A stretch of DNA of 61,491 nucleotides, counting the filler, from Candidatus Fermentibacterota bacterium (lineage in GTDB: Bacteria; JAFGKV01), in the NCBI GenBank assembly GCA_016928395.1. It is 3 parts of 3 records of this genome, joined end to end, with 100 filler letters (N's around TTAATTAATTAA, not from the genome) between each part and the next. Parts side by side here need not be neighbours in the genome. Positions count along the whole stretch, not along the records: positions 1 to 28,602 come from JAFGKV010000209.1; 2 more parts are not named here. One strand, given 5' to 3'. The notes beneath the pieces were generated by a model. It searched no databases. It was not told the DNA's origin and saw nothing but the letters and a program-made list of their open reading frames with translations. Below, in pieces: positions 1 through 10,068 of the stretch; position 1 is the first letter of the stretch, and every line of letters starts with the position of its first letter. The position numbers and the translations under genes were made by a program.

Positions 1-60
1 CTCCCACGCCATGCCGTCCACCTATTGTACACCACATCAACGGTGATGGCAACAACGAGG

Positions 61-372
61 TCACCGGCGTGACGAGGCAGCCTCTAGTGTACCTGATGGG
101 TGCGCGTTCGGTGATGCTCGCAGAAGGGAATCGAGATACGCCTGCGCCTTCTTGCTGAGGCCCAAGGGGTGAGGCCCGCCACCGGTGAGAAACTCTGAGC
201 ACATGCCAAAAGGCGGGTCTTCTTCGTGGCCGCTGCTGGTCCTGATCCCTTCGCATTCACCTCTGTAGTTGTGCCAGAAGATGGCAACCTCCTCACCGTC
301 CAGGAGGATCATGTACCGGTAGGGACTAAACGGCTCCCGGGGCTCTCTGATCTGTTCTACCGAGTAGTCCAT
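61..372 (-). CDS. Hypothetical protein (~103 aa)
   Basis: Protein-like ORF (MDYSVEQIREPREPFSPYRYMILLDGEEVAIFWHNY...), ATG at 372 preceded by AGGA; no family recognised. Confidence 0.55.
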   Translation of the reverse strand: MDYSVEQIREPREPFSPYRYMILLDGEEVAIFWHNYRGECEGIRTSSGHEEDPPFGMCSEFLTGGGPHPLGLSKKAQAYLDSLLRASPNAHPSGTLEAASSRR

Positions 373-769
373 GGTCCTGTCCAACGATACCCCTTCCGGG
401 CACGCCTAATCCCAGAGCTGCCTGCCTCCGGGTAACTATGGTCAGGCACTGCTCATTGTGTTTCGGAGCTCGGATGTCGCCTCCACCAAGGATCGCGAGG
501 AATGGCGGCGCGACGACATGGAGCCGTAGTCTGCGTTCCGTGCCCCTGCCCTATGATGTCAAATGTCAACGAGCGATGCTTGGTACCCCACTTGTCCCTT
601 GTCCAGGCGAGGCAGGCCCGGAGACCACGGCGTGTAACCGTCGCGTCGTGGCCCTGCACCGCGGGAGGCGGGGGTAGTGCACCGGGGTTGCCACTCCGCC
701 AAACCGCCCGCAGATTCACGCATGATGGCCGCGCCAGTTGCAGCCGCAGGGTATCCGCCGTGGCCTCTC

Positions 770-1174
770 CTACGATCCGGCGTACTCCTCCAGCCCCACC
801 GCGATCTCGGGAAACTCCCTCAGGACCTCTCGATCCACAGTCACCAACGCCACCCCCAGTCCGTGCGCCAGCGCCACAAACTCACAGTCATACGCTGTGC
901 ATCCGCTCCTCGCTGCCAGCCTCAGCACGTCCGATGACACTGCCTCGTATTCCTGCCCCACCATCAGTGCCTGCGCCTCATCCATCACCTGTTCCGCCTC
1001 TTCCACACTCAAGACCCCTCGCCGGATATACTGCGCCAGCACATTCCGAAACTCGCTCCGCCACAGCAGCGGTGCGACCCATTCCGAATCCTTCAGAAAG
1101 GCCCGCTCCGCTTGCTCCGTTCGCTCGCTGCTCAGGTACGCGTAACCGATGATGTTGGTGTCCACCACGATCAT
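770..1174 (-). CDS. vapC: VapC-family PIN-domain toxin
   Basis: MIVVDTN start, SEFRN, AYDCEFVALA and LVTVD acidic PIN motifs; 134 aa; overlaps antitoxin stop (ATGA). Confidence 0.92.
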   Translation of the reverse strand: MIVVDTNIIGYAYLSSERTEQAERAFLKDSEWVAPLLWRSEFRNVLAQYIRRGVLSVEEAEQVMDEAQALMVGQEYEAVSSDVLRLAARSGCTAYDCEFVALAHGLGVALVTVDREVLREFPEIAVGLEEYAGS

Positions 1175-1413
1175 GGACGGCCTGCTATCTTCGCAGCCGT
1201 GAACTCCTCATCGCCAATCACGTGGCCAGCCGTCTTCTCGCGCAGGCGCCGTGCCCTTCCGAGGAGTGCCTCTGGCTCGACCCTACGGACGCGGAGGGTG
1301 CGTTCGACACAGACGATGATCTCGCTGTTCAGGCTGCGCCGATTTGCCTGTGCGGATCGCTTCAGGGAGATGTACAGATCGTTGGGGATGTTCTTGACTG
1401 TGATCGTAGGCAT
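1171..1413 (-). CDS. Ribbon-helix-helix (Arc/FitA-like) antitoxin
   Basis: MPTITVKNIPNDLYISLKRSAQANRRSLNSEII RHH signature; GGAG RBS; directly upstream of PIN toxin. Confidence 0.88.
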   Translation of the reverse strand: MPTITVKNIPNDLYISLKRSAQANRRSLNSEIIVCVERTLRVRRVEPEALLGRARRLREKTAGHVIGDEEFTAAKIAGRP

Positions 1414-1420
1414 CACTCTC

Positions 1421-1475
1421 CTCCATGATGGTTTCGTTATGGAACCATCATGGAGGCGTGTGGCCGAATTGTCAA
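1421..1475 (-). promoter_or_regulatory. Sigma70 promoter and palindromic operator of the TA operon
   Basis: Minus strand TTGACA (1475-1470), 17 bp, CATGAT (1452-1447); perfect 13-bp inverted repeat CTCCATGATGGTT (1421-1433) / AACCATCATGGAG (1443-1455) overlapping the -10. Confidence 0.75.
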
Positions 1476-1819
1476 GTCGCCGAGGCGTCTGACGTGCCGC
1501 GCCGCTACCGCAGTGGGTTCCGGCGCCCAGGTTGTTGGGGGAATCCAGCGGTCTATGGACGAGGGCAAGTGGGAAAGCTGCCGAGAGGACGCCGATAACC
1601 GACACGTATCCGGCCTCACCCCGCACGACTCCCGCTTCCCGTCCACCATCTGCCAGATGCTGTCGATCCGCACATACGGCACCCGCTCCCCCCATGCCCA
1701 CACCGAACTGTCAGGTGGCCAGGTCCACTCCACGAGGCTGTCTGCTCAGTCGCCGGAATTCCTGGATCGTTGACCGCGAGCGGTCCGCGGTCACCCGTGC
1801 ATACCTCGCCCCGCGAGGA

Positions 1820-4078
1820 CTACAGTTGCAGCCCCAGGTAGAAGCCGGGCCAGGCCTTCACCCAGGTGTTCCTGGGGTGTCCATCGTACCAGGTACCCTT
1901 GGCGAAACCCCGGCCGTCATTGAGCCGGGATGTGTACACATTGAACGTGGCGCCACCTACCAGGGACACCGGGCGGAACAGATGCAGCCCCATCCCGATC
2001 CGCGCCGTATGCAGCATGTGGAGCCTGTCGGGCCAGCGCCCGTCATCCAGCACCACCGACGAGAGCGCCTCAACTGTGGCGAAATGCCCACGCACGGGAA
2101 TATGCGCGCCGAGCCCCGCGCCCAGAAGAAGCCGATCCCGGCCCTCGACCCAGTCACCCGCCGCGTGGAGCAGCGAGTACGCATACTGATTGCCCAGCTT
2201 GACGCCGAAACCGAGATCGGGCACGTCTCCGGCCCATAGCGTGAGGTTTCGGCGACCGTCACGGACATAGTTGATCAGGCCGATCGGCGCACCGGAAACG
2301 CTGTTCGCCACATTGATGATACCGACCTGAGTGCCCCGCACCGACCCCGCGACATTCACCAATCCCAGTTGGCAGCCGTTGGCGTGTCCAGCCAGGTTGA
2401 TGAGCGACAGTTGGGCGCCCCTCATGCTGGCAGCGTCATTGAAGGTCAGGGAGAACTGGAAGCCCTCCATGTGCCCGGTGACGAGATTCGCAAGATAGCT
2501 AAACTGAAAGCCCTCGAACTCCCCCCCGGCATAGTTAGCCAGCACCGCAGATTGGAATCCTGAAAAACGCTCCCTGGAGACATTGAAGCCCCAGGCGATC
2601 TGGGCGCCCCTCCCACGCGACGAGAGAACATTTCCCAACCCTCCAAACTGCACGCCGTCCATGGTTCCGCCCGCCCAATTCAGGAATGCCCCGACCTGGC
2701 CGTAGCGAAGCCGGCCATTGACCCTGTTGAACAAGCCCGCCGCCTGGATGCCGTTCACGTCGCCCTCGACAAGGTTCATGCCCTGGGCCACCTGAAGGCC
2801 CGACATGTCGCCCAGGGTCCAGTTGCCCAAGTACCCCAACGCAAGGCCCTTGACACCATAGCTGCGGCCGAGGGTGAGGTGTACGGAGAAAGTGCTGACC
2901 ACACGATCATCATACGGGGTGGCTGTGGACATGCCCGGCCAGAGGCTGGCCAGGAAGCTGCGGTAGAGCACGGGCCGTTGCACCGGATCCGTCACGAGTG
3001 CGGGAGGGGCCGCAGGGCCATCACCCCGGATCGTGGTACGCTCCGAACTCATGAAGGAAAAGCTCTCAGACTCCAGGGCCTTGCGACGCCCGTCACTGAG
3101 CACGACGTCGGTGCCGTAGAATGCGCCGTCTCGTTCCAGAATGACGCGATACTCCCCCGGCTCCATCCCCAACTCGATGACGCGGCCCGGCGGCTTCTGA
3201 AGCTCCACTACCAGAGCTCCGGCGCCATCCCTGACCCGTAACCGCCCCGTCAGCCCCTCGCCAAGTTCCAGTCCAGCCGTGGTGCCCCGGAGATCCGTCA
3301 GCACCAGATCCCCCGCACCGGCCATCTGTATGTCATAGGCCGGATGCTGGGTTCCCCCTTGCGTACCCTCGGTGCGGGCCATGGTCTCGTAGAAGGCGAA
3401 TTGATAGGCCTCGTTGAGAGTAACCCGTTTGTCCTGCGTCATGTCCGCGGCGCCGCGAAGACCCGAGACCAATGCATGGGTAAAGTACGACGCCCCGATC
3501 CGGTCGGACTCCTGGGCTGCTTCGTCATAGGAGCTGGCCGTGAGAAACGCATGCCCTTTCATCTGGGCTGATGCGTCGATGAGAAAGGGCGCCCGGCGCG
3601 CCCCCCCTTTCAGCCGAGTGAGCGCACCGGATGCGCAACTGTCCAAGATGATGACGCGCACGTCCGCCGCCGCCTCATCCACCGCGGCCTTCAGCTCACG
3701 ATAGGAGAGCATCTCTCCGCCCAGCAGCAGCCCGTCTTCATCGGAATGACCGGAGTAGTACACGAACAGCTCGACCCGAGCATGCTCGTTTCGCGCCGCG
3801 TCGATCTGAGTGCCCAGGCAGGACACGGCCTCCAGGAGCGTTGCCGTGTCGGGGTTGAGCAAGAGGTGCTGATCCGCCCGATCTACGCCACCCAGCTCCT
3901 GAAAGACTCTGGCCACGGTCTGAGCATCGCTGGCAGCGTACCGAAGCGGGACACGATCGCTTCCTCCGTCATTCGCACCGGCCACCAGCATGAACCGCTT
4001 GACCGAGAACGTCTCCTGCCCGGCGCTGTCGGCAGATGGAAGCAGAGTCGCGAGAATGAGTATGGCTGCGCCGATCAT
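1820..4078 (-). CDS. Exported caspase-family (peptidase C14-like) protein with C-terminal Gly/Gln/Asn repeats and possible beta-barrel
   Basis: Signal-peptide-like N-terminus; LVAGANDGG..LRYAASDA; YYSGHSD (His) and ILDSCASG (Cys); SYFTHALVSGLRGAAD; repeated GxQ(L/V/F)G..N units; ends FYLGLQL. Confidence 0.85.
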   Translation of the reverse strand: MIGAAILILATLLPSADSAGQETFSVKRFMLVAGANDGGSDRVPLRYAASDAQTVARVFQELGGVDRADQHLLLNPDTATLLEAVSCLGTQIDAARNEHARVELFVYYSGHSDEDGLLLGGEMLSYRELKAAVDEAAADVRVIILDSCASGALTRLKGGARRAPFLIDASAQMKGHAFLTASSYDEAAQESDRIGASYFTHALVSGLRGAADMTQDKRVTLNEAYQFAFYETMARTEGTQGGTQHPAYDIQMAGAGDLVLTDLRGTTAGLELGEGLTGRLRVRDGAGALVVELQKPPGRVIELGMEPGEYRVILERDGAFYGTDVVLSDGRRKALESESFSFMSSERTTIRGDGPAAPPALVTDPVQRPVLYRSFLASLWPGMSTATPYDDRVVSTFSVHLTLGRSYGVKGLALGYLGNWTLGDMSGLQVAQGMNLVEGDVNGIQAAGLFNRVNGRLRYGQVGAFLNWAGGTMDGVQFGGLGNVLSSRGRGAQIAWGFNVSRERFSGFQSAVLANYAGGEFEGFQFSYLANLVTGHMEGFQFSLTFNDAASMRGAQLSLINLAGHANGCQLGLVNVAGSVRGTQVGIINVANSVSGAPIGLINYVRDGRRNLTLWAGDVPDLGFGVKLGNQYAYSLLHAAGDWVEGRDRLLLGAGLGAHIPVRGHFATVEALSSVVLDDGRWPDRLHMLHTARIGMGLHLFRPVSLVGGATFNVYTSRLNDGRGFAKGTWYDGHPRNTWVKAWPGFYLGLQL

Positions 4079-4887
4079 CGGCGAACCTCCTTCTTGTAAA
4101 CCAGCACGGCATGCTGCTGTATCGTTGGTAGAGAGAGCATCCGGTGGGCAGCTTCCCCGGGCGTGCGGGCCAGCTCCTCTGCCGCGCGGAGCACCTCCGT
4201 CACGGAAACCGGCAGCGAATCGCTGACAAAGAAGAAGCGCTCGAATTCGGGCGCATCGTCGATTTCGTAGGCATGCCTGATGGGAGTCTCTCCTTCCTGG
4301 GCCAGCTCCGTGGATGCGCCAGGGGTCTCCGGGAAATGCAGGGTCGTGGCGCCCCTTCCGTCCACCGATACGATCACACCGAACGCACGCCCGGCTGCCA
4401 CATAGCTGAGCTGCAGAATGTCACCACTCTGAACCGCCAAGGTGCTGTCAATCCGGATAACCTGTTTCCCCGCCTTCCGATAGACAGTAAGACGGGGAGA
4501 CATGCCCTTGATCCTGGTACCCTCCAACTCGCCAAGCCCCGGGATGGGGCTCGATACGTCATCGGGAGCACGGAGCACGAACAAGGCCAGGACCGCCGCG
4601 GAGACAACCGGAACAAGGGCAAGAAGCGAGGCCCGGTGCCAGGATCGCGACGGGCTCGCCTTCGCCCGAGACACCCCCGCACGCTTCGCCACTTCTCCTG
4701 CAAACCAACCCGGCGGATACCTTCGCAGAATCTGCTGATTCGAGGAGCGCAGCGCTTCCAGCCTCGCCGCCAGATCCGGATCCGAGGCGATGCGCTGATT
4801 CAGGTCAGCCATCCGGGGTTGGGGCAGCTCACCCATCGCGTACTGCTCGAGGATGTAGTCCGAAACCCTGATTTTGCCGGTCTCCAT
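4075..4887 (-). CDS. Single-pass membrane anti-sigma-like protein with DUF4384-like periplasmic domain
   Basis: N-terminal LEQYAMGEL helix, one TM segment, TRIKG then beta-rich domain (GDILQLSY..SVDGRG..TLHFP..YEIDDAPEFERFFFV); lies between ECF sigma and caspase genes. Confidence 0.7.
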   Translation of the reverse strand: METGKIRVSDYILEQYAMGELPQPRMADLNQRIASDPDLAARLEALRSSNQQILRRYPPGWFAGEVAKRAGVSRAKASPSRSWHRASLLALVPVVSAAVLALFVLRAPDDVSSPIPGLGELEGTRIKGMSPRLTVYRKAGKQVIRIDSTLAVQSGDILQLSYVAAGRAFGVIVSVDGRGATTLHFPETPGASTELAQEGETPIRHAYEIDDAPEFERFFFVSDSLPVSVTEVLRAAEELARTPGEAAHRMLSLPTIQQHAVLVYKKEVRR

Positions 4888-4890
4888 CTG

Positions 4891-5367
4891 TCACACTCCT
4901 TCAAGCTCGAGGGCCCGGGCCCGGAGCGTACGGAGCCGCTTGCGCACGCCCGATACTGATAGACCCACTTCCCGGGCCACTTCCTCCAGCGTCAGCCCAT
5001 CCACCAGATGAAGCACCGCGATCAGGCGGGTGGACGGCTGCTCCCTGCGGAAGATCCTATCCAGGCGAAGCCGGGCAATGACCTGAGCCTCATGATCGGC
5101 AGCGCCCGCGATCCGTTCGAGCAGGGTGTCGGCATCCTCGGGGTGACGTCGCTGGGAGCGCAGGATGTTGAGGCAGGTATTGGTGGCCATGCGCAGCAAC
5201 AGCCCCGACGGCGACTCCTCGGTCAGAGATTGCTGGCGCCGGACAAGTTCAACGAACACGTCCTGAGCCGCTTCCATTGCTCTATCCTCGTCCTTCAGGA
5301 GCTGGCGGCAGCGCCGCACAACCATGGGACCGTAGCGCCGATAGTAGTGTTCGACATCGATGGCCAT
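4891..5367 (-). CDS. ECF RNA polymerase sigma factor
   Basis: Region 2 (EDRAMEAAQDVF..LLRMATNTCLN) and region 4 HTH (GLTLEEVAREVGLSVSGVRKRL); GGAGGT RBS before ATG 5367. Confidence 0.9.
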   Translation of the reverse strand: MAIDVEHYYRRYGPMVVRRCRQLLKDEDRAMEAAQDVFVELVRRQQSLTEESPSGLLLRMATNTCLNILRSQRRHPEDADTLLERIAGAADHEAQVIARLRLDRIFRREQPSTRLIAVLHLVDGLTLEEVAREVGLSVSGVRKRLRTLRARALELEGV

Positions 5368-5534
5368 TCGCACGACCTCCACCGTTCCACTCTGGCCTCA
5401 CTGCCGTCCGGCACCACCGGGGCAGACGGACACATGCCGCAGCCTCATCACCACGCACCGGATCTTCACCGGCGCCCTCCAAGCCTGCCTGGGGCAAAGC
5501 CGAGCCACAAGGCAACCATGGGGGAGACGCCCCG

Positions 5535-6407
5535 TCAAGAGAGTACGCGGACACGGGCTTCCCCCCCTTGTCGCGCGGCACGCAGCCCGCGGTTCATAGG
5601 CCTGGTCACGGATGTCAGTTCGATCACCGGCGCCAGCCTGCGGGAACTCGGCGCCGGCAGCATGTACAAGCCGACTGGTTCGCTGATGTTGCGGAGAGAT
5701 CTGGGGCCGCAGTAGACAGCCTCGCCCGGGAGAACCATCGCCTCGGCGGCCGACTGCGACAGACAGATTCCACCCGGCGGAGCTTCCTTCTCCAACCTGG
5801 CTGCGACATTCACCGTGCTACCCATCAGCTCGCCACCGAGCCAGCGCACTTCGCCGGCGTGGATTCCGATACGGTGGAGAAGCTGCGAGTCGCCGATGGG
5901 GCGGCACGCCATCACTCCTTGAATCGCCTTGGCGCATCGAAGCGCTCGCGACGGGGAATCGAACACCGCCAGGATGCCGTCTCCAACCGTCTTGAGTACC
6001 TTCCCTCCGTGGGCGCAGCATTCCTCGTGAATGAGCCTTAAGTCCGAGGCCATGCTCTTGAGGGCGCCTTCCTCATCGTGATCCGTTGCCGCACTGAAGC
6101 CCACCACATCGGTAAACATCACCGCAGCGTACTGTGTTCTGTAATCCATGAGGGGGAAGGTGGCCGCAGGCGTGGCCTCTTTGGACACGGCGACAGGCAG
6201 GCCGTGAAGGGCATGATGGCCGGCAGGCCATCCCCTCCATCCGTCGGCACACGCAGTGCTCACCTTTCGGGCCACCACGCTGGCCATGATGCCCAGAGCT
6301 AATGTGATGCCTGCGCCGCATACCATCCCCCCGATGAGGTCACCTGCCGAAATGGCGGCGGCGGGGAGGTTCAGTAGACGGAAGGCGATCACAGCAGCGG
6401 TGGACAT
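5535..6407 (-). CDS. Class III adenylate/guanylate cyclase domain protein with N-terminal TM segment
   Basis: MFTDVVGFS, KTVGDG, RIGIHAG, GSTVNVAARLE motifs; GAGGAG RBS before ATG 6407. Confidence 0.85.
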   Translation of the reverse strand: MSTAAVIAFRLLNLPAAAISAGDLIGGMVCGAGITLALGIMASVVARKVSTACADGWRGWPAGHHALHGLPVAVSKEATPAATFPLMDYRTQYAAVMFTDVVGFSAATDHDEEGALKSMASDLRLIHEECCAHGGKVLKTVGDGILAVFDSPSRALRCAKAIQGVMACRPIGDSQLLHRIGIHAGEVRWLGGELMGSTVNVAARLEKEAPPGGICLSQSAAEAMVLPGEAVYCGPRSLRNISEPVGLYMLPAPSSRRLAPVIELTSVTRPMNRGLRAARQGGEARVRVLS

Positions 6408-6621
6408 CTCTCTTCTCCTCGGGAGGCCGGGCTCCATGCACGGCACTCATCCCCTACAACACCGGGGGGCGCACTGTCTGTCACCTCCGCCAGGAGGGAG
6501 AGACCTGCCAGCCTGCCCGGGCTGCGGGGTTGCCCCAACACGAGCATCACCCTAACTTCATCACTCGTCTCTCCTCATCTGACCACCTGCGGTTTCCCCG
6601 TATGCCCGACTGAGGAACCCC

Positions 6622-9600
6622 ATGCCGGACAAGCCCTTCGTCCACCTTCATACTCATTCATGCTACAGCCTGCTCGACGGCGCGATTCGCGTGCCGACTC
6701 TGGTGGACGCAGCCGCAGAAATGGGAATGCCCGCATTGGCGCTGACCGATCACGGCAATATGTTCGGCATCATCGAGTTTCTCGGCGCCTCCGAGAAGGC
6801 GCACATCAAACCCATCGTGGGCTCCGAGGTGTACATGACGGTCGGTCCCAAGGAGGATCGGTCGCAGGGTCAGCGAAACATTCGACACATCGTGCTGCTG
6901 GCCCGCGACGCCGTGGGCTATCATAATCTGATGAAGCTTTCCACAATCGGCTACCTCGATGGCTACTACTATCGCCCCCGGGTGGACCATGGTGACCTGG
7001 AGCGGCACGCAGAGGGCTTGATCGCTCTCTCGGCGTGCCTGAAGGGGGAGATCCCCCAACTGCTCCTGGAAGAACGGTTCGACGAAGCCAAGGCCAGGGC
7101 GCTGTGGTTCCGGGATCGTTTCGGTTCAGATGGGTTCTACCTGGAGGTACAGAATCACGGTATACCGGAAGAGGGTCGCGTCCTGCCCGAGTTGGTGCGA
7201 CTCTCTCAGGAGACGGGGATCTCTCTGGTAGCAACCAATGACGCTCACTACCTGCGCAAGGAGCATGTGGAATCCCACAAGATTCTCTTGGCCATCTCAT
7301 CGGGCAAACCATCGACGCAGGGGGACGAGGGCCTTCGGTTCAGCTCCACGGAGAACTACTTCAAGTCTCCCGAGGAGATGTGGTCGCTCTTCGGGGAGAT
7401 CCCTTCCGCTTTGGAGAACACCATGCGTATCGCCGAGGCATGTCAGTTCTCCCTGCCCAAGGGCACGGCGCACCTGCCGGCCTTCCCCCTCCCGCCCGGA
7501 TTCGACTCGCCCGATGCCTATCTGCGCCACCTGACTCTGGAAGGCGCCCGCCGGATGTCTCCGGGTATGCCTCAGCCCGTGCAGGAACGGCTGGAGCATG
7601 AGCTGGGCGTGATGGCTCAGCTTGGTCTTTCCGGCTACTTCCTGATTGTACAGGATTTCGTTCGCGAAGCCCGAGCCCGGGGCATCCCGGTGGGTCCAGG
7701 GCGTGGATCGGCCGCGTCAAGCCTCGTCTGCTACTACCTGGGCATCACCAAGGTTGATCCGCTGATCCACGGCCTTTCGTTTGAGCGCTTCCTGAACAGC
7801 GAACGGGTAAGCATGCCCGACATCGATCTCGATTTCTGCCAGGAGCGGCGCGAGGAACTCATCCAGTACGCCCTGGCTACCTACGGCAGCGAGTGCGTGG
7901 CCCATATCGCCAGCTTCGGCACCATCAAGGCCAGGGCCGCGGTACGCGATGTGGGCCGGGTGCTGAAGCTCAGCTTTGAAGAGACCGATGTGCTGAGTAA
8001 GATGGTGCGCGAAGGTCCGGATGTGACCCTGGAGAGTGCCCTCCAGGAGAGCCCCCTGCTGCGGCAACGAATCGAAGAGAATCCTCGCTACCAGGAGCTG
8101 TTCACCCACGCCCGGGTGCTGGAAGGCATCGCCCGTCATTCCTCGACGCATCCCGCGGGCCTGGTGATCACGCCGAAGCCTCTGCGAGAGCTGGTACCGC
8201 TGTTCAAGCCCGAACGCGATGCGGGCACCATGGTGACCACCCAGTACGACATGAAGTCTGTGGACAGGATCGGTCTGCTCAAGATCGACTTCCTGGGCCT
8301 TCGCACCGTGACCGTGATCGCCGAGGCCTTGGACTTGATCGAACAGCATCGTGGCACCCGCCTCGATCTCGACTCTCTCGACCTGAAGGATCCCGCCACC
8401 TATGCTCTTCTGAGTCGGGGAGAGACCGCCGGTCTCTTTCAAGTGGAAAGCGCGGGGATGACGAACCTGCTGAAGAGGATGGAGCCCGACTGCTTCAGCC
8501 ACATCGTGGCGGTGAACGCCCTCTTCCGGCCGGGCCCTCTGGAGCTGGGCGCACCCAAGTACGTGGAATGCAAGCACGGCCGGGAGCGGCCTGTGTACGA
8601 TCATCCCGACCTGGAGCCGGTCTTGGCGGAGACATACGGGGTCTTGCTGTACCAGGAACAGGTGATGAAGACCGCGCAGGTGCTGGCTGGCTTCTCCGCG
8701 GGGGAGGCCGACGACGTACGCAAGGCCATGTCCAAGAAACAGCGGGAGACAATCAACGAGTTGAAGGTGAAGTTCGTGGCGGGCGCTGTCCAACGGGGCG
8801 TGGACGCGCGGATCGCGGAGAAGATCTACGAGGAAATCGAGCCGTTCGCGGGATATGCCTTCAACAAGGCCCACGCCACCGCCTACGGTATTCTCATCTA
8901 TCAAACGGCCTATCTGAAGACCCACTACCCGCGGGAGTTCATGGCCGCCAATCTTTCGTCGTTCATGGATCACACGGACCGGCTGCGGCCTCTGGTGGAG
9001 GAGTGTCGGAGACTTGGCATGACCGTGCTCCCCCCCGATGTGAATGCCTCGGACACACGGTTCACCTTGGAGGGCGATGCGCTCCGGTATGGCCTTGGCG
9101 CGGTGAAGAACCTGGGACGACAGGCCGCCGATTCCATCGTGGCGGTCCGGCAGAGAGATGGTGCGTTCACGTCGCTGTTCGACTTTACCCGCAAAGCGGA
9201 TCTGGGCCTTGTGTCACGGCAGGCAGTGGAATCCCTCATCAAGGCTGGCGCCTTCGATACGATCCACGACAATCGGGCAATGCTCTTGGCCGCCGTGGGG
9301 GCGGCCGTTGACGAGGGCAAGCGCCACAAAAGAATCCAGGAGGAAGGGCAGCTCACTCTGTTCGGCGACGAAGGGTTGATGCCCGACGTGATGGACCCTC
9401 CGCTTCCCGCGGTCATACCCTGGGATCATGAAGAGCGGCTGTCCGCGGAACAAGAGGCATTGGGATTTCACTTCTCCGGGCATCCCTTGGACAGATTCCG
9501 ATGGTTGTTCTCGCCCCGCGGTGTGCGCAGACCGGGGGAATGTGCCCATTTAGGCGATGGCGCGTCCGTACTGGTGGGCGGCCAGGTGACCAGGCTGAAG

Positions 9601-10068
9601 CGGGTGCAGCGGGAGGGCAAGACCCCGTTCTCGTTCGCCGACATGGAAGACGAGCAGGGCGGGGCCATCTCGGCGGCTCTGTTCGACGAAATCCATGCAT
9701 CGGCGGAGAGCATGGTTCAGCCGGGCGCCTTGGTGGCGATGCGGGGCAAACTCCGGACACGGAAAGGTGAACTCCAGTTGGTGGTGAGTCGCGTCATACC
9801 TCTTCACGAGGTTGCTGGATTGATCACCGACCTCACGGTGACCCTCGATGCCGCCGATGCCAACCGCGAAGCGTGTTCCACCCTGGAAGCGGTCTTCTCA
9901 GCCCACCCGGGCCCCCGCACGGCTCACATCGAGGTTGCGTTGCCTGATGGGCGCATAGTGGTTGTCTTGCTCCGCAATACCGAGATCCTGCCCAGTGAGG
10001 AGCTGGCGAACTCTTTGACCGATCTTCCCTTCGTGCGCGGAGTGAAATTGGCGGTAGGAGCTGAATGA
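6622..10068 (+). CDS. dnaE: DNA polymerase III alpha subunit
   Basis: FVHLHTHSCYSLLDGA PHP domain, GPGRGSAASSL, MPDIDLDF, GYAFNKAH, C-terminal OB fold. Confidence 0.98.
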   Translation: MPDKPFVHLHTHSCYSLLDGAIRVPTLVDAAAEMGMPALALTDHGNMFGIIEFLGASEKAHIKPIVGSEVYMTVGPKEDRSQGQRNIRHIVLLARDAVGYHNLMKLSTIGYLDGYYYRPRVDHGDLERHAEGLIALSACLKGEIPQLLLEERFDEAKARALWFRDRFGSDGFYLEVQNHGIPEEGRVLPELVRLSQETGISLVATNDAHYLRKEHVESHKILLAISSGKPSTQGDEGLRFSSTENYFKSPEEMWSLFGEIPSALENTMRIAEACQFSLPKGTAHLPAFPLPPGFDSPDAYLRHLTLEGARRMSPGMPQPVQERLEHELGVMAQLGLSGYFLIVQDFVREARARGIPVGPGRGSAASSLVCYYLGITKVDPLIHGLSFERFLNSERVSMPDIDLDFCQERREELIQYALATYGSECVAHIASFGTIKARAAVRDVGRVLKLSFEETDVLSKMVREGPDVTLESALQESPLLRQRIEENPRYQELFTHARVLEGIARHSSTHPAGLVITPKPLRELVPLFKPERDAGTMVTTQYDMKSVDRIGLLKIDFLGLRTVTVIAEALDLIEQHRGTRLDLDSLDLKDPATYALLSRGETAGLFQVESAGMTNLLKRMEPDCFSHIVAVNALFRPGPLELGAPKYVECKHGRERPVYDHPDLEPVLAETYGVLLYQEQVMKTAQVLAGFSAGEADDVRKAMSKKQRETINELKVKFVAGAVQRGVDARIAEKIYEEIEPFAGYAFNKAHATAYGILIYQTAYLKTHYPREFMAANLSSFMDHTDRLRPLVEECRRLGMTVLPPDVNASDTRFTLEGDALRYGLGAVKNLGRQAADSIVAVRQRDGAFTSLFDFTRKADLGLVSRQAVESLIKAGAFDTIHDNRAMLLAAVGAAVDEGKRHKRIQEEGQLTLFGDEGLMPDVMDPPLPAVIPWDHEERLSAEQEALGFHFSGHPLDRFRWLFSPRGVRRPGECAHLGDGASVLVGGQVTRLKRVQREGKTPFSFADMEDEQGGAISAALFDEIHASAESMVQPGALVAMRGKLRTRKGELQLVVSRVIPLHEVAGLITDLTVTLDAADANREACSTLEAVFSAHPGPRTAHIEVALPDGRIVVVLLRNTEILPSEELANSLTDLPFVRGVKLAVGAE

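Noticed and set aside
61-400. Integron cassette (GTTGGAC core just before the ATG on the minus strand)
   Set aside because: No convincing RYYYAAC inverse core or attC hairpin after the gene, and no integrase in the window.
1590-1745. Protein-like minus-strand fragment (VEWTWPPDSSVWAWGERVPYVRIDSIWQMVDGKRE)
   Set aside because: No RBS or recognisable family; may be a gene remnant but unsupported.
770-6407. Cyclase + caspase + PIN toxin as a CBASS/Pycsar-like defence system
   Set aside because: Caspase appears exported with no nucleotide-sensing domain, and the TA pair has its own promoter and operator.
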